A stretch of DNA of 62,271 nucleotides, filler included, from Globobulimina sp. (Eukaryota), in assembly GCA_003354225.1 (NCBI GenBank). It is 32 parts of 32 records of this genome, joined end to end, with 100 filler letters (N's around TTAATTAATTAA, not from the genome) between each part and the next. Parts side by side here need not be neighbours in the genome. Positions count along the whole stretch, not along the records: positions 1 to 1,851 come from PIVH01011241.1; positions 1,952 to 3,802 come from PIVH01011242.1; positions 3,903 to 5,752 come from PIVH01011243.1; positions 5,853 to 7,702 come from PIVH01011244.1; positions 7,803 to 9,652 come from PIVH01011245.1; positions 9,753 to 11,602 come from PIVH01011246.1; 26 more parts are not named here. One strand, written 5' to 3'. This document shows, one piece after another, positions 1-10,882 of this stretch (the first letter of the stretch is position 1; each line of letters opens with the position of its first letter). Made by a program: the position numbers and the translations under genes. The notes beneath the pieces are model-generated. The model searched no databases. It was given only the letters and a program-made list of their open reading frames with translations, and was not told the origin of the DNA.

Positions 1-2
1 AT

Positions 3-794
3 GGCGGTGTTGTAGGACCTCCGCGAAGTGTTACGCATAATGCTTTGCATGATGCAGGTGCACATGCTACGGCAATATATGATGGTATACAGTGTAACCA
101 TTATTTAGATACTGGTGATAATGATGTTGTATTGCAAACAAATAATTTATCAGTTATTGTGCCAAATACACATTCATTATTATTATACAAATTAAATATA
201 GAAATTAGACAGTATCAAAATGTATTAATAGTGGGACCAAGCGGTGCTGGCAAAAGTTCATTATTCAGAGTGTTGTGTGGTTTGTGGAAATGGGGTGCTG
301 GTAATATAACCCGCTTAAATAATGAAAACGTTATGTTTCTGCCGCAAAAACCGTATTTGCCGCAATTGCCGGACACAGAAAACACATTAAAAAACCAATT
401 ATTATTTCCGAACAATATGCAAACTGAATTAACACTGGGACAGTTTTATAAAATATTGGAAAATATTAACTTAGATTATGTATTAGATTATGAATTGAAT
501 AATAATGAGAATTGGAGCAAATTATTATCTCTCGGCGAACAACAACGATTAGCATTTGGCAGAGTTATTGTGGCTAAACCATCCATGGTCTATTTAGATG
601 AAACAACATCAGCTTTGGATATTGATAATCAATATAAAATGTATCAGTTATTGCAAGATAATAATATATCATATATGTCTATTGGGCATCGAACAAATTC
701 ATTGCTGCAATATCACGATACAGTGTTACAAATTATTGGTGATGGATCATGGCGGTTATGTTCAAAAGAAGACTATTTATTATCACAACAGTAA
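3..794 (+). CDS. ABC transporter subfamily D (peroxisomal fatty-acyl-CoA type), C-terminal ATPase domain, 5' partial
   Basis: Walker A GPSGAGKSS, ABCD-typical FLPQKPYL, signature LSLGEQQRLAFGR, Walker B YLDETTSALD, SIGHR; frame is open from the contig start. Confidence 0.92.
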   Translation, partial: GGVVGPPRSVTHNALHDAGAHATAIYDGIQCNHYLDTGDNDVVLQTNNLSVIVPNTHSLLLYKLNIEIRQYQNVLIVGPSGAGKSSLFRVLCGLWKWGAGNITRLNNENVMFLPQKPYLPQLPDTENTLKNQLLFPNNMQTELTLGQFYKILENINLDYVLDYELNNNENWSKLLSLGEQQRLAFGRVIVAKPSMVYLDETTSALDIDNQYKMYQLLQDNNISYMSIGHRTNSLLQYHDTVLQIIGDGSWRLCSKEDYLLSQQ

Positions 795-921
795 CAGTCT
801 CATGAGGTTGCATTTGTATTTTTTTGTGTTTTAAATAATTTAAATTTGTTGTTTAAATAAATACAAATTGATACATTTATATTTTATTACAAACACAAAA
901 TTAACGCTTGATTTTATATTT

Positions 922-1363
922 TTATTTTAGTTCTTCTGTTTTCTTATGTTGTTCCTCTTGAATATTTTGATCGGAATTTTGAAGAGAATCCCAAAAACCA
1001 GTTTCAATCAAATCCCATTTTAATCGGAATAATTCCATGGTGGAGATATCAAAATTTTCGTCATTTGAGGGAATTTGAGAGGTTCTGCTGTGTGTTTTGT
1101 CCAATTTAATCAATGTTCTTTCTTTGTTATTTAGTAATAACATTTCGTATGGATTCAAATCGTAATCATCACTGTGATTACAATCAAATAAAAAAAAAAA
1201 TAGAAAAATGTAATGAAAATATATTGTACCCATTTAATTGTTCAAATGTAGCAACTACGTCATTTTTATGGTCATATTCGATCCATATTTTTTCATCATG
1301 CAACTGGAATTTTCCTCCTTTGAACTTTGTCCAACAACTAAATACAGATTTTTCCCAAGACAT
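922..1363 (-). CDS. Hypothetical ~127-aa protein, two exons (intron 1172-1229)
   Basis: ATG at 1363 (MSWEKSVF...); removing a 58-nt GT..AG intron joins in frame to GDDYDLNPYEM... and the stop at 922. Confidence 0.55.
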
Positions 1364-1454
1364 CTTCCGGATCGGTTATTAATTGAAAGAATTTGAGTGT
1401 TTTTTTTTGTTTAGTAAATAGTAAGTAAAGTTGAAAACAATTTGAATTTTCATC

Positions 1455-1682
1455 ATGTGTAACTTGCTGCTACTTACAATTATCACATTTGCTGTTTCCG
1501 CTCAAATTAACACATTTTTTCGACGAGATTATTTTCTTTCCGATACAACATATGCAGAAGGATTACCTGATCCCAATTTCGGTGGCAGATTTCATTTGAT
1601 TATGCCAGCAAACAAAATAATGTGTTTGTATGTGTTTGTATGTGTTTGTATGAGTATGCATAAGGGTGGATTTTACTTTTAA
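1455..1682 (+). CDS. Possible secreted protein, first exon
   Basis: Signal-peptide-like MCNLLLLTIITFAVSA; the downstream structure is unresolved. Confidence 0.3.
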   Translation: MCNLLLLTIITFAVSAQINTFFRRDYFLSDTTYAEGLPDPNFGGRFHLIMPANKIMCLYVFVCVCMSMHKGGFYF

Positions 1683-1851
1683 AAATCTGAAAATCTCAAA
1701 ACTGAACCCTCTGAACCAATCTACAGGGAAAGTAGTTTCATAAATACTGCACAAACATTTCATTCAATACAAGTTGCAAGAACTGAAAATCGTTGCAAAA
1801 TAACATGATTCATCAAGTTTTTTTTTGTTTACTCCTGCAAAAATGCACATC

Positions 1852-1951
1852 NNNNNNNNNNNNNNNNNNNNNNNNNNNNNNNNNNNNNNNNNNNNTTAAT
1901 TAATTAANNNNNNNNNNNNNNNNNNNNNNNNNNNNNNNNNNNNNNNNNNNN
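1852..1951. other. Artificial contig-join spacer (N-run, TTAATTAATTAA, N-run); 31 copies, one about every 1950 nt
   Basis: The same linker recurs at 1852, 3803, 5753, 7703 ... 60324; contig lengths shrink slowly (about 1851 to 1848 nt), as in a length-sorted concatenation. Confidence 0.98.
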
Positions 1952-2041
1952 TTTTGTAACTTGTTTTTTTGTGTTTTCTGTGATGTTTTATGATGTTTCG
2001 GTCCTGTCGAAAAATTTAAAAGCGTTTTATTCTTACACATA

Positions 2042-2126
2042 AGAGTTAGTGCATTTAAGTGAAAAGAAAGTAAAGTCGATAATTCAGTTGATTTTATCCG
2101 TCTTTTCACTTAAATGCACTAACTCT
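2042..2126. mobile_element. 85-bp MITE-like element with perfect 26-bp terminal inverted repeats
   Basis: AGAGTTAGTGCATTTAAGTGAAAAGA (2042-2067) and its reverse complement (2101-2126); a second, truncated copy lies at 50418-50480. Confidence 0.75.
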
Positions 2127-2203
2127 ATACATGAATATTTTTTTTTAGATTATAAAAACTGTCACAACTTATAATTTGTGCAATGTTGTTTATATATACA
2201 ATG

Positions 2204-3785
2204 TCAATCATCCACATGACCAGATAACGCATTATATGCAGATGTATTTATAAATCTACCACAAGAATGTGTCATTAATTGCCATAGTTCACGCAACACC
2301 GAATCCCAAAGCGTCAGTAAAACCTCAGCATTAATATTTATTCTATTCGTCCTATTTGTCAATACTGTCGCCAATCTTTGTCTTTGTTTATATGAAATAT
2401 TTATTTGTAAATGACTTCTTGCGTCAATATACTTTTTATATAATAAATATGCTCTCATTTGATATTCATGCAAATTCATTTCATTCTCATTCTCGTTCTC
2501 ATGTTCGCATTGCAATTGGCGCTCCAAACTCTGTCACAGTACCACCGCCTTGCTGCGCTAAATTAGGCACATCCGATTGCACTTTACTTGTACGTCTGGC
2601 ATAATATTCTATTTTGTCCATATCTGCATAAACAAGAAACGAGTTTGGTATTTCAATATTGCTTAAAACAACCGTCTCATTTGGTGTATTGACACGTTTT
2701 CTATTTGGAAACAATTCTTCATCGATTAATTGTTTATATTGCACAAACTCAATATACGCTAAGCCACATTCAATGGAGAATTCATGCGCTAAATGGTCGA
2801 AAAAAGCACTTAATTTATCAGCATCATTCATAATATCCCGCATTATATTCCATACGCTTTCATTCTGTGCGATGTTTGCTGTGCTCGCACTGGGCGATTC
2901 CGGGGCATTTTCAACATAACTTACCACTGCTTTTAATAAAGTATTGTCCGCTGATTTTTTAAGTTTGGACAAACTGAATTGTAATTGGAATATACCGACA
3001 AAAAAGTAACCTGTACAACCAACCACATTGCCTAATGTTTGTCGAATGTATGGCGTTGCTCCGACCATCGGGGATAGACCGACTAATAAATAAACTAAAA
3101 CATAAACACCGCCGAACGTGATAATTATACGACATTCTTGAAGATAAAATAAATGGTCATATACGGAAGGAGTCATTTTCCACATAATCATTATAATAAT
3201 GATCGGTATGAATATGATGATTGTTTGAACAAAGGAATGAACCATAGACAAAGGCCCAAAATACACGATAACAAACCAATAACTTGCTTGTGATAACAAC
3301 CAGAGAAAGAGCACAACTCTGAGTACATACGATGTGGAGCCCAATGTTTGTTTATGTGTCAAGAACCAATTATGACCAGCTTGAGATTTATTAATATGAA
3401 TTTTCCATGCAGCGTTTTGAGTGGATTTTAACCAATTTATTTTAAAACATAATAGCCAATATTTCATGGCAATGCCCCAAATGAATGCATACGCTAAGAA
3501 TGGATATAAGCCAAAGCTGGCGTATTCCATGTATTTTGTTAATGTTGTATTGAAATCTGCGGTGTATAATAAATATGATGGGCAATATATCGTTATTGCA
3601 ATTATAGAAACAGTGCTATGCAATAATGTAAATGTAGGGTTTCGTTGAGTGATTATCATTTTGTCTGAATTTTTAGCGAATTTATATGCTGCGTTAATCA
3701 CTAATGGCCCCCATAGTAATACATACATACACAACAGTGTAATGCATACAATAATTCGTATAGTGAAGTCGATCTTTGTGGACAT
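2204..3785 (-). CDS. 7TM-RGS protein (multi-TM N-terminus plus split RGS domain); frameshift or cryptic intron near 2500-2530
   Basis: About 7 hydrophobic segments, then FFDHLAHEFSIECGLAYIEFVQYK; the second ORF supplies LLYKKYID..LQINISYKQR..LWDSVLRELWQLM..SCGRF (RGS C-half). Confidence 0.82.
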
Positions 3786-3902
3786 TGTTCGGGAAATAGA
3801 CGNNNNNNNNNNNNNNNNNNNNNNNNNNNNNNNNNNNNNNNNNNNNTTAATTAATTAANNNNNNNNNNNNNNNNNNNNNNNNNNNNNNNNNNNNNNNNNN
3901 NN

Positions 3903-4140
3903 CCCACCCCCCAACCGACCACTACCGACCCATCGGCGGAGACGTCAGTGGCTTCCCCGTCAAAGGGACCGTCACCGTTCAGAAGGCTCACCATCCCACC
4001 AGCCGCCGTCCAGCGGAAGGGGACCCTTCCGAAGTCGCTGTTGCTCCATCCGACGACGACGGCACCGTCCGCAGAGACGGCATGAGCTTGGCTCAAGACT
4101 GCGCCAGCACCCCAAGTTAGGCCACCGAGGCCGCTAAGCT
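3903..4140 (-). other. GC-rich bacterial-type HAF-repeat extracellular protein fragment
   Basis: SQAHAVSADGAVVVGWS...FRWTAAGGMVSL...ATDVSADGSVVVGW; abrupt GC jump relative to the adjacent DNA. Confidence 0.8.
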
Positions 4141-4810
4141 TGCCTCTTGTTGAAAGAGAGTTAGAAGTTGTAATTGAACCCATTTTCGATCTTTCAATAA
4201 TTGTTCTCCGGCGTTGTGTAATTAATAGAAACAATTTCTTCAGAAACAGAAACACTAAAATTATGCTTATGATCATGTCACAGAAAACTAATAAACTGAA
4301 CACAATAATTAATTGAATTTGGAATGAATCCATTTCAATATATAATAAAGTATTGAACCAAATCACTGTAAATATGAATAACAGCAATAAAAATATCATG
4401 AACCGTAATAAAGAAATAGATATTTTATGTACTGATTCAATGAAAATGTGATATAAGCGGCTTAAAAATGTGATGTAAATAAATAATTTCGCACAGAGAA
4501 TGAATGTGATTAAACATGTAATTGATATAATTGCTATTAATTGTTGAGTATCGTTGATATTGTCCTGGGAATATAAATGGTCTAATTCTTTGATATAAAA
4601 CGAAGTTATTAAATATGCAATACACGAAAATGTATATGATAAACATGATAAAATTGATGGTATTGTGAACCAATGGGGGATTGATTCTGTTTTCCGCGCA
4701 CAGTACAGTTGGAATAGCAATAATAATGTGGCAAATCCAGTGATCAAAAATGAACATGAACCTACTATCAGGTATGGCAAGTTTCGGAGATTTGATAGTG
4801 TAAATGCCAT
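4140..4810 (-). CDS. Multi-pass membrane protein (GPCR-like, about 5 TMs seen), cut by a junction with GC-rich DNA
   Basis: Successive hydrophobic helices (..FIYITFLSRLYHIF..; ..IISIILVFLFLKKL..) in AT-rich sequence. Confidence 0.6.
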
Positions 4811-4910
4811 TGTTTGTTGTTGCAAAACTTTCTTGGTGTTCAATGTATTTAATAATCAAATAATTATTGTCAAAAAAAGCAAGCAAAAACGATGGATGAA
4901 CCTAAGAACA

Positions 4911-5567
4911 TTAATTTGTATGATAAATTCTTTTATGTTTTGTGCAGTTCCATTTGAATGTAAATGACGCGTCACAATGATCACAAAAGTAAATTTTCCT
5001 TTTTTCATTTGTTAAATGAGTTTGCCAATGTTTAGAAAGAGAATCTTTTCTCGTAAATTGTTGATTACATTTTTTGCAAATGAATGCTTTCATTTTTTTG
5101 TCCGAATGAATGTATTTTATATGTTTTCTTAATGTTTGTGGATCGGTAAATGTTTTATTGCAAAATGAGCAGATTTCACATCTTTGATTTAAGTGTATTC
5201 TTTCGTGGATTCTTCGATCTCTCTTTGTTCCAAAACAACGATTGCATCCAATATGAATAAAAGAGCAATGATGTTGTTTAATATGATGCCTTTTGTGCTT
5301 ATTCAATATTTTTAATTTAAAAAACGTTTTCTGACATCCTTCGAAATCACAAACATAAATATTAATATTGACATTGCTATGATTATAATTACGTTTTTTG
5401 TTTATTGTTTTGGGTTTGTTTTTTGTTGAATTTATAAACTGTTTGTTATGTTTATAGATCATTTGATGTTTTGTTAATGCTTTTCTATCACAAAAAATAG
5501 AGCAACATTGACTGCAACAAACAAAAGACCGAGTGCAGATATCGCGATGTTTATTGATCTCATTCAT
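4911..5567 (-). CDS. C2H2 zinc-finger protein (about 6 fingers)
   Basis: Repeated CxxC...HxxxH, e.g. CDFEGCQKTF..HKRHH, CSFCNKTF..HIKYIH, CKKCNQQF..HWQTH. Confidence 0.9.
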   Translation of the reverse strand: MNEINKHRDICTRSFVCCSQCCSIFCDRKALTKHQMIYKHNKQFINSTKNKPKTINKKRNYNHSNVNINIYVCDFEGCQKTFFKLKILNKHKRHHIKQHHCSFIHIGCNRCFGTKRDRRIHERIHLNQRCEICSFCNKTFTDPQTLRKHIKYIHSDKKMKAFICKKCNQQFTRKDSLSKHWQTHLTNEKRKIYFCDHCDASFTFKWNCTKHKRIYHTN

Positions 5568-5947
5568 ATCTTGAGCTATTACGGCGTTACAAATACATGA
5601 AATTGTTGGATTTTTCTGCTCATTTTTCTGATTATTGAAGGAGGAGAATTCGAAGGGGACAGAGATTTAATGTGTTTGTTGGTAATGAGGCTACTAAATC
5701 ACCCTTCATTGATGCCATATCTTCATTCATTCTGTTTACATAAGTCATTGATNNNNNNNNNNNNNNNNNNNNNNNNNNNNNNNNNNNNNNNNNNNNTTAA
5801 TTAATTAANNNNNNNNNNNNNNNNNNNNNNNNNNNNNNNNNNNNNNNNNNNNGGTCGAGGAAGTCGGCCTTGCGCGCTCCGAATCGGTCGGCCAGGGCGG
5901 GATGGTCGAGATTGTAGCGACCGGCGCTGCCACAGCACATTGCATAT

Positions 5948-7447
5948 ATGGACGAACAATCTGAAAACAGCAATGAAGAGACTAGTGAATGTGGGCAATG
6001 TTGCAAACGATTGTCGTTTATGCCCACCGTCGGCGATGAGAGCATAAACAAAGCATTGCGCCGCGAAGTATTGGCATATACCACCGATGGCATTGCACAG
6101 TCCATTGACAGACAGTGCAAGGCCGCAGAGACTTATTACACGAAACATAATTTGGATTTGAAAGCTGGTTTACACGACGAGGACTATGCGGAAAGTAGGC
6201 ATGATGCGCATGGACGGAGTGTGCAGAGATTTAATATCGTGATCAAACATAATCGACACTTATTGTATGAAGATGCTGCTGAGAGTGAGTCAGATGCGGA
6301 AGAGAGTAGTTGCGGTTTGCATACAGACGACGAAAATGACCAAGACGAGGACGAGAAGCAAAGGGTGGTTCATAGGGTGGTCACAAAATTGATACTCGGC
6401 GCTGAGACTGCTGACAATGGAAAGGAAGAAGGCATTGGGGATGGGGAAGGACGGCAGTTTGTGGACTTCGCGCCGATGGTGTTTAAGTATATACGGAACC
6501 ACGTCTTGGGAATATCCGATGAGAGTTATAATAGTTCCATTATACCGCAGGACAAATACGCACAGCGCAACGTATTGGACGCAAAGTATGGTGAAGGGAA
6601 AAGCGGTGCGTTTTTTTATTTTTCGCACGATTCCCGGTATTTGGTGAAAACCATCAACAAGTTGGAAGTGGAGGTGATGCTGAATACGTTGAGGGAGTAT
6701 GTCGAGTTTATAGTGCGTAATCCGAGCACTATCCTGTCGCGAGTGGTGGGTTTGCATTCCATTCGACTGTACGGTCTGACTAAGTATTTTCTAGTGACTG
6801 AGAATGTTTTCTTGTCAAAGCTAAAACCATCCGAGGTGTACGACTTGAAGGGTTCCTGGGTCAGCAGGTACACCAAATACTCGTTGCAGTCCGGCAAGAC
6901 GCTGAAAGACGGCGACTTGAAAAGGTTTATTGTGCTGAATGAGAAATGCAGGGAGGAATTAATAAATCAATTGAGCAAAGATTCGCAGTTCTTGGCCAGT
7001 TGCAATATTATGGATTATTCTCTGTTGCTCGGCATCTACCACTTAAAAATGGTGGCGCAAATTGAAAATGAGGATGATGAGAAATATGCGCATGCTATAA
7101 AGAAATATGCCGGCGGCGTCAGAGCAGAAATTGTGGAAGGTCCCGGCTTGTATTATATGGGAATTATAGATACGTTGCAAGTTTATAATTTGAAAAAGAA
7201 ATTGGAAAACTTTGTGAAAACATACATTAAAAGAGATGATGCGAATGGGATCTCGTGTGTGGAGCCAGTAAAATATCAGAAACGATTTATGAATTATATG
7301 AACAACATTATTGTGACGGACAAAGAATATTTTCAAGAGTTGAATATTCCCAAGAAACAATTTGAAAATCAAACCGTTTTGGTCTACCCTGGAAAAGATA
7401 CGGTTGCTCGCTGCATCAAAGAAGCACAAAGTGTCGAACAACACTAA
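5948..7447 (+). CDS. Phosphatidylinositol-phosphate kinase (PIP5K family)
   Basis: FVDFAPMVF, GKSGAFFYFSHD, YLVKT, YDLKGS, LKDGDL, IMDYSLLLG, GIIDTLQ, ISCVEPVKY. Confidence 0.95.
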   Translation: MDEQSENSNEETSECGQCCKRLSFMPTVGDESINKALRREVLAYTTDGIAQSIDRQCKAAETYYTKHNLDLKAGLHDEDYAESRHDAHGRSVQRFNIVIKHNRHLLYEDAAESESDAEESSCGLHTDDENDQDEDEKQRVVHRVVTKLILGAETADNGKEEGIGDGEGRQFVDFAPMVFKYIRNHVLGISDESYNSSIIPQDKYAQRNVLDAKYGEGKSGAFFYFSHDSRYLVKTINKLEVEVMLNTLREYVEFIVRNPSTILSRVVGLHSIRLYGLTKYFLVTENVFLSKLKPSEVYDLKGSWVSRYTKYSLQSGKTLKDGDLKRFIVLNEKCREELINQLSKDSQFLASCNIMDYSLLLGIYHLKMVAQIENEDDEKYAHAIKKYAGGVRAEIVEGPGLYYMGIIDTLQVYNLKKKLENFVKTYIKRDDANGISCVEPVKYQKRFMNYMNNIIVTDKEYFQELNIPKKQFENQTVLVYPGKDTVARCIKEAQSVEQH

Positions 7448-7862
7448 ACTTACTTACATTTTTTACTTTTTTTTTATAATTTGTTTTGTATCATTTTATT
7501 TTATTTTGTCAGGTATTCATTTTACTATAATTGTGGTACACTTTGCGTTGCTGCTAAGATACGTTGAGACTGATCCTAAAAATGCTTTCTTTATTCCTCC
7601 CAATCCTCTGGTCCCACAAACCAATATATCGATTTTCATTTTTTCCACAATATCACATACATCCTCGACAATCGTTTTGGTGTTCACTCTCGATGTCGAT
7701 TCNNNNNNNNNNNNNNNNNNNNNNNNNNNNNNNNNNNNNNNNNNNNTTAATTAATTAANNNNNNNNNNNNNNNNNNNNNNNNNNNNNNNNNNNNNNNNNN
7801 NNAATGGTATATTTTTCTAATTTAATTGTTTTACAAATAGTACTATTTCTTTTCCCGTATAG

Positions 7863-9230
7863 GCGGTCCTGGATCCTCGGGTTTACTTGGCATGTTCACC
7901 GAACATGGACCATTCCGGCCGTTACAAAATCACACCTTACGCGTACAGCCATGGTCGTGGGTCAATGTGGCGAATATGATATATATCGAATGTCCCGCCG
8001 GCGTAGGTTTTAGTTTCAGTAAAGACACCGCGGATTACACCACCGATGACGCTAAGACCGCAGTTGATAATTATCACTTTATCCAAGGCTGGTTATCCAA
8101 ATTCCCGAATTTCAAAAGCAATGATTTTTATATCACTTCGGAAAGCTATGGTGGTCATTATATGCCTACACTCGCTCAACAAATCATATTAGGCAACGGC
8201 GCCGGGGGTGATCCAAAAATTAATTTTAAAGGTGTTTTCGATGGAAATCCATATACCAATAACCCGGAAAATCAACGCGGTGAATATGAGACATATGGCG
8301 GTCATCAAATGGTACACATAAACTCTCTGAAAAAAAAATGATTTTGAAAATTGACAATTTTTATTTTCCGTAGGTTTCCCGCCCAGTGTATGCCCAATGG
8401 ATGACCGCGTGCAAGGATGGCAATACTACCTCGACCGCGTGCACCAATGCGCGAAACGCGATGCGTTCGAATTGGGGCAGCGGTCTCGATGCGTATGCCA
8501 TTGACTGGCCAGTATGTCACACCAATTCCAAATTTGATGAGATTTATTTATTTTACAAGCATCAACAAGAAATGGGCCATGACAATATCGCAGCGCCTGG
8601 CAAATATGGCAGAATGATCGAATATTTTAAGAAATTCCCAGAGGAGGAGTTTTGGGACGATGGTGGAGGGGGTTTACTCGCCAAAGCAGTGATTATTACC
8701 ACTGATGGCTTTCCGTATGATCCGTGTGAGTCCAATTATTTGTCGCAATATTTGAATCTCGCGGCGGTGCAAGAAGCCATTCATTGTGTTCCCAAACATT
8801 GGCCAGGAACAAGCATCCATTATCAAGGTGGCTTACCGGATATGACTGTGCTTTGGCAATGGATTATTGACAATACTCCGACGCCGTTACATTTGACCAT
8901 TGTGTCTGGTGATGATGATACTGTGTGTGGTATGACATTATTTTTTATATACGCAAAAGCGCACAATTGTGAGCGCATAATCGCAATGTGATGTGTTGTG
9001 TAGGTTTAGCAGGAACGCAGAGTTGGATGTGGGGCATGGGATGGACTGTGGATCCGAATCATAATTGGAAATCATGGCAGGATGAGAATCGCCAAGTTGG
9101 TGGATATTTAACCAAATGGAAAAATGCTATGAATTTGGTGACTGTGCATAGTGCTGGCCATTTGATACCGGAATGTCAGCCAGCCAGAGCATTACAAGCG
9201 TTTAGAAGATATTTAGCTGGTGAATTTTAA
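7863..9230 (+). CDS. Serine carboxypeptidase (S10), 5' partial; introns 8312-8373 and 8930-9003
   Basis: GGPGSS, EHGPF, PAGVGFS, catalytic ESYGG, SGDDDTVC and SAGHLIP; GT-AG introns restore the frame. Confidence 0.93.
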
Positions 9231-9407
9231 ATATTTATGTAACTTATTTTGTTTTTTATAATTTATTTTGTTTTTTGTAAATCATATACAATTATAAATA
9301 TTAATTCTAGATATATATCATAAGTATGATGCGCCACAGTTGTGAAGTTTTGGCGCTGGTCAACACTTCATTTTTTTTGAAACTTTTTAAAATCTTTTGA
9401 AAGCATC

Positions 9408-9587
9408 GATGGCTATCTAACTTGAAGAAAATCTTAATATCAGGTTCTCAGTGCAAGGATAGATTTTTCCAGCATTCTAGCATATGAAAGAAGAGACAAA
9501 TGAAATCTATGCAATAAAGGAAAAAATTTGTCGTCTATGAGGTGAGAACCCTGATATTAAGATTTTCTTTCAAGTGAGCTAGTCATC
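9408..9587. mobile_element. ~180-bp MITE-like element with ~43-bp imperfect inverted repeats
   Basis: GATGGCTATCTAACTTGAAGAAAATCTTAATATCAGGTTCTCA (9408-9450) versus TGAGAACCCTGATATTAAGATTTTCTTTCAAGTGAGCTAGTCATC (9543-9587). Confidence 0.6.
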
Positions 9588-9752
9588 ATTCCATTACCAA
9601 ATTTTTTTTTTTGTATATATTTATTACCTAAAAACGCCATAAAACTAACTTTNNNNNNNNNNNNNNNNNNNNNNNNNNNNNNNNNNNNNNNNNNNNTTAA
9701 TTAATTAANNNNNNNNNNNNNNNNNNNNNNNNNNNNNNNNNNNNNNNNNNNN

Positions 9753-10728
9753 AAACAGCATTAATTTAAGAGTGCTTCCAAATATATTCACTTTCCAGTA
9801 TTTGCCATGTTTTATATAATAATTTAAAATTAATTCATTGTTTAATAATTTTATTAAATATCTAATATCAGCATTAATATTTTCGATATGCCCAATAAAA
9901 TCAATAAGGGGACATTCATATTCATTGTTAAATAAATACCAACTTTGTTCATAATAATGGTCATTCGCTATTATAGTTTGTCCATTATTTGGTAAACCAA
10001 AATATCTCCGATCATAAATAAACGAACTAAATTCATTCAATATTTCAATTCTTGAATAATTATTTATTGTTTGTTTCTGGTTATAGTTACCTTCTATTTT
10101 CAAAATGAAAAAATGTGAAAATACTATCATATGGATTCCGCACAAATGCAAAATAAAAATAATCCCGATGTTTTTGCTTAATTTTTTCGCAATTTATTTT
10201 TTGGAACACATTTTGTTTACAATCACTCCGTTTTATGGATCGGCATAATGCCATGGTCAAGAAACCAGTCATCGAGGTTCCCCCTGATTTCTTTACATGA
10301 ATGAACACAAATTGATATTTATGTGATATGTAACATCGCGATTCCTTGATACTATTTAAATTGCGAATGTTTATATTTTTAGGCCGATAAAATAAATGAC
10401 TGTATGGATATAACGTTTTTGTAGAAATTCTATTTTCTTTCCATGTTTTCGGCAATGACGATAAATTATATTGTTTTTCAATGTTTTGAAAATTTGGTTT
10501 GTATTTAGCACCATCGATATCAATTTTATTGCATTCATCAATGGAACAAATTAATGACAGTTTATGCCTTCCAATACATTTGATTGATTTATTTGGATGT
10601 CTGCCACCAACTAATTCCATTGTTGGTGTTGACTGGGATTCGTCGAATAGCTGCAACTGATATAATAATGTACAAATGTATAATACAGTAACAGTTCCTA
10701 ACACCAATAGAATTTGTTTCATGTGCAT
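9753..10728 (-). CDS. Golgi-type sulfotransferase (Sulfotransfer_2 / HNK-1-like), 3' partial; frameshift or 31-nt intron near 10095-10130
   Basis: N-terminal TM anchor, FIHVKKSGGTS (5'-PSB), FVRNPYD (3'-PB), HYYEQ, DFIGHIENINAD. Confidence 0.8.
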
Positions 10729-10882
10729 TTTGTGTAAATCATGACCTACGAGGCTGAACTTTAAAAATGTCAGATTCTATAAAACAAATGAAATATGTCC
10801 GAGACTAGAATCAAAATAGAATGCTGTAAGCTGCTCAGTCGTTGACGTCGGACTTCAACAATAAAAAAAACATTTTCTCGAA

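Noticed and set aside
1896-1907. Regularly spaced TTAATTAATTAA repeats that resemble an array
   Set aside because: Artificial linker embedded in N-runs between contigs; not CRISPR and not biological
6290-7444. Antisense and overlapping ORFs here and over most long genes
   Set aside because: Shadow ORFs of well-supported genes on the opposite strand or in another frame
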